NCBI GenBank assembly: GCA_963777315.1
Contig: CAVZQC010000004.1
Location: forward strand, 96,001 to 160,000
Source: Vulcanimicrobiota bacterium
Lineage (GTDB): Bacteria > Vulcanimicrobiota > Vulcanimicrobiia > Vulcanimicrobiales > Vulcanimicrobiaceae
Direction of reading: 5' to 3'
DNA length: 64,000 bases
Made by a program: the position numbers and the translations under genes
Shown here: in pieces, positions 1 to 9,377 of the stretch
Layout: each line of letters starts with the position of its first letter
Numbering within the stretch: position 1 is the stretch's first letter
Notes under the pieces: generated by a model
Databases searched by the model: none
The model's input: the letters and a program-made list of their open reading frames with translations, nothing else
Told to the model about the DNA's origin: nothing

Positions 1-1
1 G

Positions 2-983
2 CGTCAAGCGCGCTATATCGCAATCGACCCGTACGCGAACGCATTCACGCTGGATTATCGCGTGTGGGAAGAGAAGTTCGAACTGGATTCGCTGGCATAT
101 CCCGTGACGTTGGCGTGGAGCTGATTGGCACGTCACCGGGGATGCGTCGGTGTTCACGTCCGATGAATCAAAGGCGTTCGATGCGATTCTGGCGACCATG
201 GAGCGCGAGCAGGACCATCCGCGTGCGTCGCGCTACACGCACAAAGAGCTGATCGGCGGGCGGGGGCGCCCGACCGGATATACCGGCATGATTTGGACCG
301 GTTTCCGGCCTTCCGACGACGCCTGCTACTACAATTTTCTCATTCCGTCCGAAATGTTCGCCGTCGTGGCGCTGGGCGACATGGCACAGATCGAACGCGA
401 GGTTTACCACAATCTGATCAAAGCGCAGGAAGCGCAATCGCTCCGCGACGAGGTTCAGCGCGGCATTCAGCGCTACGGCATCGTACCGGTCCTGAAGTAC
501 GGCTACATTTACGCCTACGAAGTGGATGGGCTCGGACACGCGATCCTCACGGACGACGCCAACGTGCCCAGTCTGCTGTCCGCGCCGTACATCGGTTACT
601 CCACGACCGGCGACCGCTACTATCTCAATACGCGCGCGTTTCTGCTCTCGCAGGACAATCCGTCGTACTACACCGGAAACGTCGCGCGCGGCATCGGCAG
701 CTACCACACGCCGGACCGGTGGGTGTGGCCGCTCGCAATGGTCATGGAAGGTCTGACGGCGTCGACGCGCACCGAAAAGCAGAATGTGCTCAATCAGCTG
801 CTGGCCATCGATACGGGCGACCATCTGCTGCACGAGTCCTTCGATCCCAACGATCCCAAGCGGTTCACGCGCCAGGATTTCGGTTGGCCCAACGCGCTGT
901 TCAGCGAGTTCGTCATGACGTCGTTCGAAGGCGTATCGCAGATTCCCATGGGCGACACGTCGGATCTGGAATTCATCAACTAG
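2..983 (+). CDS. Glycoside hydrolase family 125 (metal-independent alpha-mannosidase), 5'-truncated by the window edge, apparent +1 frameshift at ~123
   Basis: Frame from nt 2 reads IDPYANAF...WEEKFELDSLAYP then TGA at 122-124. The frame continuing to 983 has GFRPSDDA, YAYEVDG, DDANVPSLLS, HESF and FGWPNALF, all GH125 motifs. Confidence 0.88.
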
Positions 984-990
984 GAATCCC

Positions 991-2238
991 CTGAAAGCAT
1001 CACGCAGCGTCGACGTCATCGTCGGCATCCAGTGGGGCGACGAAGGCAAAGGCCGCATCGTCGATTATTACGCGCGCGACTACGACGTCGTAGCCCGCTT
1101 CGGCGGCGGCGACAATGCCGGACATTCGATCCGCGTGGGCGATCGCAAACTCGCGCTGCGCATCGTTCCTTCAGCGGTGCTGCAAGAGCGCTGCGAGCTG
1201 TTCATCGGCGGGGGAACGGTGATCAGCCTGACCGGTTTACTTGAAGAACTGGATTCACTGGCGAGCATCGGCATCGACGTAGCGCGGGTGCGCATTTCGG
1301 ATCGTGCCCACGTCGTGTTCGCGTATCACGCTGCGGCGGACAAGGCGGCCGAAGCCCGGCGCGGAGCGCAAGCTATCGGAACGACGGGGCGCGGTATCGG
1401 GCCCGCGTACGCTGATAAGGCCGCGCGCAGCGGCATTACCTTCGCAGACTTGCTCGACGAGCGCGTCGTCGCGGAGAAGCTGCGCTATAAAGACGCCGAA
1501 GATCTGCTCGGACGAACGTTGGACGCCGCGCGACGCGTGCGCCCGCATATCGTCGACGGCGTGGAGTATCTGCACGGCGCGATTGAAAGCGGTCGCCGCG
1601 TGCTCGTGGAAGGCGCGCAAGGATCCCTGCTGGACGTGGGCTACGGCACGTATCCGTACGTGACGTCGTCGCACACCATCGCCGGCGGTGCATGCATCGG
1701 ACTTGGCATCGGTCCTACGGCCGTCGGTGCGGTGACCGGCGTCGTCAAAGCGTATTGCACGCGCGTCGGCGGGGGACCGTTTCCGTCGGAACTGAACGAC
1801 GAGAACGGCGATCGCCTGCGCGCCAAAGGCGCCGAGTTCGGCGTCGTTACCGGACGCGCGCGCCGCTGCGGGTGGTTCGACGCGCCGGCAGCCCGTTACG
1901 CCGCTCGAATCAACGGTTTGACCGCGGCGGTCCTGACCAAACTCGACGTCTTAACCGGATTCGAACGTTTGGGTTTGGTAACGGCGTACCGTTTGAACGG
2001 CAAGCCGGCGGCATTCGGCGCGGCGGCCCGCGAGGGCTTGCAAGCGCAGGTCGAATATCTCGAAGGCTGGACCGAAGATCTGCAGGACGTGCGCCGCATT
2101 GCCGACTTGCCGGCGGCGGCGCGCAGCTACGTGCGCCGAATCGAATCGATACTCGGAGTGCCCATACAATGCGTTTCCGTGGGGCCCGAACGCTCGCAGC
2201 TGGCGGTCGAAAAATCGCAAGACGTGCCCGATTATTAA
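991..2238 (+). CDS. purA: Adenylosuccinate synthetase (probable CTG start at 991)
   Basis: In frame upstream of the 1135 ORF: GIQWGDEGKG and RFGGGDNAGH. Also EGAQG, GTYPYVTSS, TGRARRCGWFD and TKLDVL. AGGA lies 5 nt before CTG991. Confidence 0.96.
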   Translation: MKASRSVDVIVGIQWGDEGKGRIVDYYARDYDVVARFGGGDNAGHSIRVGDRKLALRIVPSAVLQERCELFIGGGTVISLTGLLEELDSLASIGIDVARVRISDRAHVVFAYHAAADKAAEARRGAQAIGTTGRGIGPAYADKAARSGITFADLLDERVVAEKLRYKDAEDLLGRTLDAARRVRPHIVDGVEYLHGAIESGRRVLVEGAQGSLLDVGYGTYPYVTSSHTIAGGACIGLGIGPTAVGAVTGVVKAYCTRVGGGPFPSELNDENGDRLRAKGAEFGVVTGRARRCGWFDAPAARYAARINGLTAAVLTKLDVLTGFERLGLVTAYRLNGKPAAFGAAAREGLQAQVEYLEGWTEDLQDVRRIADLPAAARSYVRRIESILGVPIQCVSVGPERSQLAVEKSQDVPDY

Positions 2239-2264
2239 GTTTCTACGCCCCTGAAATCGAATCG

Positions 2265-2291
2265 TAAAGCGCCGCGGATATCGTCCGATAC
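2265..2291 (+). promoter_or_regulatory. Sigma28 (FliA/SigD)-type promoter of the fliF operon
   Basis: TAAA(2265-2268)-N15-TCCGATAC(2284-2291) versus consensus TAAA-N15/16-GCCGATAA. Confidence 0.75.
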
Positions 2292-2377
2292 ACATGGTTG
2301 AGGTTCCTTAGAAGGTCGCCGAGCAGGGACGCCCGGCGAGCAGGCCACGGTCGGCCGCGTTCGGGTCAGGTGAACTT

Positions 2378-4012
2378 TTGGATCGCATCACGGTGATGTG
2401 GAACGATATCGCCGGCCGGCTGCGAGCATTGTGGGAAGGTCCCAACAAGATGCTCCTCGTCGGCGCCGGCGGCGTTTTCGTCGTGGCGCTTCTCGGTCTT
2501 GCGATGTTGTACGCGGCGCACCGCCCCGCGTACGAAGTGCTTTTCTCCAACCTCTCCGCTTCGGACGCCGCCGCCGCAACCCAGCATTTAAAGGATGACA
2601 AGGTCCCGTACCGGTTGTCCGCAGACGGCAAAACGGTGTACGTTCCCTCGGGGAACGTTTCCGACGAACGAGTAGCGATTGCCGGATCGAACGTCATCAA
2701 AGGCGGGTCGACCGGTTACGAGCTCTTCGATCGCACGAACTTCGGAATGACCGAGTTCGAAGAGAAGGTCGACAAGACGCGCGCAATCGAAGGCGAGCTC
2801 GAGCGCACTATCGAGGGCTTAGACCCCGTCCAGGCCGCACGCGTTCAGGTGGCGCAGCCGGATCAAACGCTCTACAGCAGCACCGCAAGCCCGACGACTG
2901 CATCGGTGGCGATCACGGCCAAACCCGGCATGGAGCTTTCACCCCAGCAAGTGCAGGGCGTTACGATGCTCGTGGCGCGCGCCGTGGATGGGCTCAAACC
3001 GCAGGACGTTACGATCGTCGACCAGGACGGCCGTGTGCTCGTGCCGCCGGCGGGTGCAACGTCGGACCAGCCCGATCCGCTCAATCTCACGCAAGAGCAA
3101 CTGGCTGCCAAGCAGCGCTACGAGGCCGCGGTGCAGGCGAGCATTCAATCGATGCTCGATCAAACGCTGGGTCCGCGGCACGCCGTCGCCCGCGTTTCCA
3201 CGAAAATGAATTTCGACGCCGACACGAGCGAAACCAAAACGTACGCTCCGAACGGAACGATACTGTCCGCACAGTCCAAACGTGAATCGTATAACGGCAC
3301 GCAGCCACGCGCCGCGGCCGGCATACCGGGAACCACGAGCAACATTCCGACGTATCAGGCGCAGCAGCAAGGGCCGGGCGGACGCTACAACAAGTCGGAA
3401 ACGACCACCAACTACGACGTCTCCGAAACCAACGCCAAGCACATCGACGCGCCGGGCAAGGTGCTTTCTACCAGCGTTGCCGTCGTGCTCAATGCAGCGG
3501 CGGTCTCAGCGGGCGCGGGCAAGACGCAGGCGCCGTATCAAATCACGCCTGCGATGCGCCGGCAAATTCAGAACGTCGTCGTCGCCGCGGCCGGTCTCAA
3601 TCTGAGCACCGGCGACCAGGTTTCGGTTGAAAGCATTCCGTTCAATCCCACGGTGAGCGCGCCCGAACCGCTCACCGGACAATCGCCCGCGCCGATGCTG
3701 GGCGTTCCGCTTTGGGCAGTGGCGCTCGTGCTCGGAGCCGCAGCGTTGCTCGCGCTGGCGCTAGCCGCAGGACTCGCGCGCCGCCGCTCGTTCGGTCGCG
3801 GCAGGGGGCTGCCTTCGTTCGACTCCACGCTCGCCGAAGAGCTGCCCGCGTTCGAAGAGCAAGCCATGCTCGACGGCGGTCCGGGACTCGCCACGCCGAT
3901 TCGCTCGTCCGCCGATCTGACGCGCGAGCAGATGGTGGAATACGTCACGACCGTCGCGCGCGAAAATCCGGACAGCATTGCCAAGCTGGTGAAACTGTGG
4001 CTGGCGGAGTAA
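2378..4012 (+). CDS. fliF: Flagellar MS-ring protein FliF
   Basis: Two TM segments, GYELFD...FGMTEF, RAIEGELERTI, C-terminal NPDSIAKLVKLWL; precedes fliG. Confidence 0.95.
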   Translation: MDRITVMWNDIAGRLRALWEGPNKMLLVGAGGVFVVALLGLAMLYAAHRPAYEVLFSNLSASDAAAATQHLKDDKVPYRLSADGKTVYVPSGNVSDERVAIAGSNVIKGGSTGYELFDRTNFGMTEFEEKVDKTRAIEGELERTIEGLDPVQAARVQVAQPDQTLYSSTASPTTASVAITAKPGMELSPQQVQGVTMLVARAVDGLKPQDVTIVDQDGRVLVPPAGATSDQPDPLNLTQEQLAAKQRYEAAVQASIQSMLDQTLGPRHAVARVSTKMNFDADTSETKTYAPNGTILSAQSKRESYNGTQPRAAAGIPGTTSNIPTYQAQQQGPGGRYNKSETTTNYDVSETNAKHIDAPGKVLSTSVAVVLNAAAVSAGAGKTQAPYQITPAMRRQIQNVVVAAAGLNLSTGDQVSVESIPFNPTVSAPEPLTGQSPAPMLGVPLWAVALVLGAAALLALALAAGLARRRSFGRGRGLPSFDSTLAEELPAFEEQAMLDGGPGLATPIRSSADLTREQMVEYVTTVARENPDSIAKLVKLWLAE

Positions 4013-4014
4013 AT

Positions 4015-5097
4015 ATGGAAACGCCCATCGTCAACTTGAGCGACGTTCCCGTCGACCTGTCCCACAGCGCCTTTGCTGCGGGCGAAGTGCTTTCGGTCGC
4101 GGACGTGTCGGGGCCCGAAAAAGCCGCGATTCTCGTCATCACGCTGGGTCTGGACCTGTCCGCTTCGATCTTCAAGTATTTGCGTCAGGACGAAGTCGAA
4201 CGCATCGTGCTGGAAATCGCCAAGACGTCCACGGTGCCGCTGGACAAGCGCGATGCGGTGATCGCCGAGGCATACCAGCGCGCAATCGCGCTCAAGTACA
4301 TCAACGAAGGCGGCATCGAATACGCCAAGGAGATTCTGGAACGATCGTTCGGCGCGGGACAAGCCGACGACATGACCAATCGGCTTTTTGCCGCCCTCAA
4401 GCACGGCAATCCGCTCGAGCTGATCAAAAAGACCGAACCCGCGCAGTTGCTGCAGTTCATTCAAGACGAGCACCCGCAGACGATCGCGCTGATTTTGGTG
4501 TACATGGCCGCCGACCAAGCCGGTGCGGTCATTTCGGCGCTTCCGCCCGATCTGCAAGCTGAAGTGGCCATGCGCATCGCCATCCTGCAAAAGACGGCTC
4601 CCGAAGTGCTCGAGCAGCTCGACGAATTGCTCGGACGCCGGCTGCTGGTCACCGGCGCAGACTTTGCCAAAGCCGGCGGCGTTCAGTCCCTGGCCAACGT
4701 CATGGGCTTCGTCGACCGTGAAACCGAGAGAAACATTCTCGAAGGCTTGGAAAAACGCGATCCGGAGCTGGCGGTCGAGGTCAAAAACCTGCTCTTCGTC
4801 TTCGAAGACATCATCAATCTGGACGACCGTTCGATCCAGCGGATACTCAAAGAGGTCGACGGCAAGGATCTCGCGCTGGCTCTCAAAACCGCCAACGAAG
4901 ACTTGCTCGGGCGCATCTTCAAGAACATGTCCTCGCGCGCGGGTCAGACGCTGCGTGAAGAGATCGAACTGCTCGGTCCGGTGCGCATGCGCGAGGTTGG
5001 TAAAGCGCAGCAGGCTATCGTCGACGTCATCCGCACGCTGGAAGAGAACGGGCAAATCGTGATCGCTCGGGGCGCAAAAGATGAGCGCCTGGTATGA
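4015..5097 (+). CDS. fliG: Flagellar motor switch protein FliG
   Basis: EKAAIL, GGIEYA, EHPQTIALIL, LFVFED, FKNMSSRA; ATG at 4015 just after the fliF stop. Confidence 0.96.
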   Translation: METPIVNLSDVPVDLSHSAFAAGEVLSVADVSGPEKAAILVITLGLDLSASIFKYLRQDEVERIVLEIAKTSTVPLDKRDAVIAEAYQRAIALKYINEGGIEYAKEILERSFGAGQADDMTNRLFAALKHGNPLELIKKTEPAQLLQFIQDEHPQTIALILVYMAADQAGAVISALPPDLQAEVAMRIAILQKTAPEVLEQLDELLGRRLLVTGADFAKAGGVQSLANVMGFVDRETERNILEGLEKRDPELAVEVKNLLFVFEDIINLDDRSIQRILKEVDGKDLALALKTANEDLLGRIFKNMSSRAGQTLREEIELLGPVRMREVGKAQQAIVDVIRTLEENGQIVIARGAKDERLV

Positions 5098-5122
5098 TCG
5101 TTTACCCTGACCCCAAGGGCGC

Positions 5123-5926
5123 ATGGGCCGCATAGTCAAAGGCGCGCGCTTTGCCGTGCAGGCGTATCAAGTCAAACCGCCCCAGCCCGAAAGGCCCGCG
5201 GTTGCACCGGTATTCGAGGACGCCGTTGCGCCCGCTCCCGCCATCGATTTGGTCGATGTGCGCGCGCAGGCCGACCGGATTGTCGAAGACGCGAGCGAGC
5301 GCGCCGGCAGACTCGTCGCCGAAGCGGAGCGGACCGCAGGACAGCTCGTCACGGGAGCGCAGCGACGCGTTGAAGAGATAGAGGCTGCGGCCCAGCGATC
5401 CGGATACGATCGCGGCATCGCCGACGGGCGTGCCGCCGCGCAAACCGAGATGGACGACATGCTCGAGACGATGCGCGGGCTGCTGGAAATGGCCCGCATC
5501 GAACGCCACAAGATCATCGAGAGCGCCGAACCTGAGATCGTTCGCTTGAGCGTGGCTATCGCGGAACGCATTCTCAACGCTCACGTTGCGGTTTCACCTT
5601 CTGCGGTGCTCGAGATGGCAAAATCCGCCATTACGCGGTTGGTCAACCGCGAAACCGTCACCGTGCGCGTCAACCCGGCCGATATCGCGACGATGCGCGA
5701 GCATCGCGATGGGCTCATGGCGATGAACGACATCGACAACCTGCGCGTCATCGAAGACAACCGCGTGGATCGCGGCGGCGTACTGATAGAAACGCAGGCC
5801 GGCACGATCGACGCGAAGATCGCCACGCAGCTGCGGGAAGTTCGCCGTCTGCTGGCGGTCGAGGAGCCGATGTCCGTCACTCCCTCGATCGACGCCGCTT
5901 TGATCGCCCCCGCGCAAGCGAGCTGA
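5123..5926 (+). CDS. fliH: Flagellar assembly protein FliH
   Basis: GYDRGIADG repeats, VRVNPAD, GGVLIET..GTIDA; lies between fliG and fliI. Confidence 0.92.
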   Translation: MGRIVKGARFAVQAYQVKPPQPERPAVAPVFEDAVAPAPAIDLVDVRAQADRIVEDASERAGRLVAEAERTAGQLVTGAQRRVEEIEAAAQRSGYDRGIADGRAAAQTEMDDMLETMRGLLEMARIERHKIIESAEPEIVRLSVAIAERILNAHVAVSPSAVLEMAKSAITRLVNRETVTVRVNPADIATMREHRDGLMAMNDIDNLRVIEDNRVDRGGVLIETQAGTIDAKIATQLREVRRLLAVEEPMSVTPSIDAALIAPAQAS

Positions 5927-5927
5927 C

Positions 5928-7250
5928 GTGACGACGCAACTGCCCGTGTTCTCGGCGGAAAAGTACGTTGGTGCGATTCAATCCGCCGATTTGGTTCGCC
6001 AAAACGGCAAGGTGCGCCAAGTGATCGGCGTCGTCATCGAAAGCATGGGCCCGAACATGGCTATCGGAGAGACGTGCCACATCCAATACAAGCGTACCGC
6101 CGAGCCGGTCCTGGCCGAGGTCGTGGGTTTCCGGGACAGCAAAGTGCTCATCATGCCGCTTGGCGATCTCATGGGCATCGGCGCGGGAAGCGACGTGGTG
6201 AGCTTGGGCAAGCCGTTGGAAATCGGCGTAACGGACGCACTGCTCGGGCGGGTTTTGGACGGGTTGGGGCACCCGATCGACGGCAAGGGCCGGCTGTTTG
6301 CGGAAAAGCGCGTGCAGATCGTCGCATCCCCGCCGCCCGCGCTCTCTCGTAAACGGATCACCGAGCCGATTTCGCTGGGCATTCGCGCCATCGACGGGCC
6401 GATGACGTGCGGAAAGGGCCAACGCGTAGGCATATTCGCAGGCAGCGGCGTCGGGAAGTCGACCATCCTGGGCATGATCGCGCGCAATACCGCCGCCGAC
6501 GTCAACGTCATCGCGCTGATCGGCGAGCGCGGTAAAGAAGTGCGCGACTTCATCGAGCGCGATCTCGGCGAGGAAGGCTTGCGGCGCAGCATCGTCATCG
6601 TTTCGACCAGCGATCAGCCCGCGCTCGTTCGCATCAAGGCCGCGTTCGTGGCCACCACGATCGCCGAGCACTTTCGCGATCAAGGTCTGGACGTGATGCT
6701 GATGATGGACAGCGTCACGCGTTTTGCCATGGCCCAGCGCGAAGTCGGCTTGGCGATCGGCGAACCTACAACCACTCGCGGCTTCACGCCGTCCGTATTC
6801 GCGCTGCTGCCCAAACTGCTCGAGCGCGCGGGCACGTCGCAGAATGGAACTATTACGGGCCTGTATTCGGTGTTGGTCGACGGCGACGATATGAACGAGC
6901 CCGTTGCCGATGCGGTGCGGTCGATACTCGACGGCCATATCGTGCTTTCGCGCAAGCTTGCGGCGGCCAATCACTATCCCGCAATCGACGTGCTGGGCAG
7001 CGTGAGCCGCGTGATGCCCGACGTCGTCGATCAGAACCACTCGGCGGCGGCTTCGGCGCTGCGTGACGTCTTGGCGACGTATCGCGAAGCCGAGGACTTG
7101 ATCAACATCGGAGCTTACGTGCCGGGCAGTAATCCGCGCGTGGATCTGGCGCTCTCGAAGATCGAGGCGATCCGGCATTTCTTGCGTCAGGGCGTGTACG
7201 AGACCGCCGGCTATGACGAAACGGTCGCACAGCTGGTAAGCGTGGCGTAA
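5928..7250 (+). CDS. fliI: Flagellar export ATPase FliI
   Basis: Walker A GSGVGKST, LIGERGKEV, DSVTRFAMAQRE, HYPAID. Confidence 0.97.
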   Translation: MTTQLPVFSAEKYVGAIQSADLVRQNGKVRQVIGVVIESMGPNMAIGETCHIQYKRTAEPVLAEVVGFRDSKVLIMPLGDLMGIGAGSDVVSLGKPLEIGVTDALLGRVLDGLGHPIDGKGRLFAEKRVQIVASPPPALSRKRITEPISLGIRAIDGPMTCGKGQRVGIFAGSGVGKSTILGMIARNTAADVNVIALIGERGKEVRDFIERDLGEEGLRRSIVIVSTSDQPALVRIKAAFVATTIAEHFRDQGLDVMLMMDSVTRFAMAQREVGLAIGEPTTTRGFTPSVFALLPKLLERAGTSQNGTITGLYSVLVDGDDMNEPVADAVRSILDGHIVLSRKLAAANHYPAIDVLGSVSRVMPDVVDQNHSAAASALRDVLATYREAEDLINIGAYVPGSNPRVDLALSKIEAIRHFLRQGVYETAGYDETVAQLVSVA

Positions 7251-7699
7251 TGAAGAAGTTCAGATTCGCCCTTCAGCCGCTGCTTGGCCACCGGGAACGT
7301 TTGGAGGACCGGCAACAGCAGATCCTCGCTGCCCGCCGCAACGAGCTGATCGCGGCGCAAAACGAACTGATGCGCCTCAACGACGAATTCAAACGCTATT
7401 CGGTACTGCTTCGCGAAGGCCACAAAGATTTTACCAGCGAGCAGCTGCGCTGGCATTACGCCCATTTGGAATACCTCGACCGGCGCATAACCATGCAGCA
7501 CGCGCAAGTGGCGCAGCGGCGTGCCGCGGTCGAGCGCGGCCGCGCGGATTTGATGCAAGCCAGCAAAGACCGCCGCGTCATCGAGCAACTCAAGGACAAG
7601 CGCTTTCAAGAACACCGTCTTCTCCAAGCCGCGATCGAGCAAAAGGAATTCGACGACGCAAACAATCGCCGCCCGATGCCGGCCATTACGTCGAGGTAA
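7250..7699 (+). CDS. fliJ: Flagellar export protein FliJ
   Basis: MKKFRFALQPLL start, coiled coil, EQKEFDD end; overlaps the fliI stop. Confidence 0.9.
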   Translation: MKKFRFALQPLLGHRERLEDRQQQILAARRNELIAAQNELMRLNDEFKRYSVLLREGHKDFTSEQLRWHYAHLEYLDRRITMQHAQVAQRRAAVERGRADLMQASKDRRVIEQLKDKRFQEHRLLQAAIEQKEFDDANNRRPMPAITSR

Positions 7700-7702
7700 G
7701 CC

Positions 7703-8272
7703 ATGATCGTCACCCGACAACGCAAGAAACGCTTTCGGTGGAAGCGCGCCCTCGTGCCCGCGCTTGCGCTCGCCGCAATCGTCTCGGCTTTGAGCTACGC
7801 GCCCTCCCGCACGTGGATTGCCGCGCGCTCGGGGCTCGTGCCGCTGATGCAGCAACGCGAAATACGCTCGGATCGAGCGCAAATCATTTCGCTGCGCTCG
7901 CAGCTCGCCGCGGCGCGAGCGCAGACTGCGTCCGACGACACCCAGATATCCCAGTTGCAAACCCAGCTCAACGATGCGCAGCAGCAGGCCGCGGTGGTGA
8001 AAGGGGCCGCTAAGCCCGTCACAGCGGCCACGGCGCCGCCGGGTGCGGCGGACCTTGCAACTCAAGGTACGCCGGACATGCGCCGTACCGCGCAAGTGTG
8101 GAGTGCCATGGATTCGGACGCTGCGGCCAAGGTCGTAACGCGCTTGCCGATCGATTACGTCGCGCGCGTCTTTGCGCTCATGACGCCGGATTCGGTCGGG
8201 GCTGTTCTGGAGAATGTACCTGCCGCATATGCGGCGCGTTTGACGCAGGAGCACCCCGAACTGAGCCGCTGA
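7703..8272 (+). CDS. MotE/YlxF-like protein (TM, coiled coil, MgtE-N-like domain)
   Basis: Position after fliJ; C-terminal WSAMDSDAAAKV...MTPDSVGAVLENVP..AARLT resembles the MotE/FlbB family. Confidence 0.7.
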   Translation: MIVTRQRKKRFRWKRALVPALALAAIVSALSYAPSRTWIAARSGLVPLMQQREIRSDRAQIISLRSQLAAARAQTASDDTQISQLQTQLNDAQQQAAVVKGAAKPVTAATAPPGAADLATQGTPDMRRTAQVWSAMDSDAAAKVVTRLPIDYVARVFALMTPDSVGAVLENVPAAYAARLTQEHPELSR

Positions 8273-8313
8273 GAGGGAAGGTATGCGGCATCAGCCGCTA
8301 AACAATTCCGGCG

Positions 8314-8895
8314 ATGAGCGTCGAGGTGGTAACGGAATGGACTACGATCGGTACGCTCGTCGTCATCGGCGCCAGCGCAGTTGCTGCGCTGATCCAACTG
8401 CACCATCTGCGCGCCGGCAACCAACTCGAAGCGCTGCTTTCGCTCGAGCGCGATTTTCGAGCTCCGGAGATGCAGTCCGCCCTGCGGTACATTCAAGAGC
8501 GGCTCTCGCAGCGCATGGAGGATCCGCAATACCGCGCAGAACTGGCCGCGATCGGTTTTATCGAGACGGCCGTCCACCCCGAGCTGATGGTGTGCAATTG
8601 GTTCAACGAGATCGGCGTATTGCTCAAGCATCATCTGGTGTCCGAGGGCACGTTCATGGACTTGTTTGCGCGCCTGATCGTCTTTTGCTGGAAGACCGTC
8701 GCGCCCGCCATCGCCGTGATGAGAAGAACGCGGGGCGATTTTCAGTATCACGATTTCGAATATCTTGCCATACGGGCTCGGGCCTGGCTGGACCGTAACC
8801 CCAAGGGAATTTTTCCAAGCCGAACCGCGCGCACCGCGCTCGAAGATCCCTGGCGCGATGCCGATTACGGCGCCGCTCTGACGAGGAATGCCTGA
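8314..8895 (+). CDS. Membrane-anchored hypothetical protein (DUF4760-like)
   Basis: N-terminal TM helix followed by CNWFNEIGVLLKHHLV and FEYLA motifs. Confidence 0.6.
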   Translation: MSVEVVTEWTTIGTLVVIGASAVAALIQLHHLRAGNQLEALLSLERDFRAPEMQSALRYIQERLSQRMEDPQYRAELAAIGFIETAVHPELMVCNWFNEIGVLLKHHLVSEGTFMDLFARLIVFCWKTVAPAIAVMRRTRGDFQYHDFEYLAIRARAWLDRNPKGIFPSRTARTALEDPWRDADYGAALTRNA

Positions 8896-9377
8896 TGACG
8901 ATCCGCTCGAAGACTCTGCCCGCTTGCCTGGCGGCGATGCTCGCATTGGCGGCGTGCACCCACAACTCGACCAATCCGCCCGCGACGATTTCCAACATCT
9001 CGGGCGATTACACCGGCACGGTACAGGACAGCGTGACCGGCGCGGCAACGGCAACCGCGACGCTGGCGCAGCACGGAGCATCCGCCGGCGGGCCGCTTTC
9101 GATGACGGCCGGCAGCACGACCCTTACCGGCGCGCTGGCGCTGGTGATAACGACGTCCAATTCGCTCAGCGGTACGCTGGTCGAGGATTTGCCCAGCGGG
9201 ACGACGTGCACTTTCAGCACGAGCGGGTCCTACGATACCAGCAATTCGCAGATTACCGGTTCGTACACTGCGATAACGGGATGCACGGGGCAAACCGGAA
9301 CGTACACGCTCGCCCAGCAATGCACCGATACCCCGACCAGCACCGCCCGCCGCACTTTCGGAGTTCCGAAATGTTAG
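8895..9377 (+). CDS. Thr/Gly/Ser-rich lipoprotein, hypothetical
   Basis: Lipobox LAAC; beta-rich composition; TGATG overlap with the upstream gene. Confidence 0.7.
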   Translation: MTIRSKTLPACLAAMLALAACTHNSTNPPATISNISGDYTGTVQDSVTGAATATATLAQHGASAGGPLSMTAGSTTLTGALALVITTSNSLSGTLVEDLPSGTTCTFSTSGSYDTSNSQITGSYTAITGCTGQTGTYTLAQQCTDTPTSTARRTFGVPKC

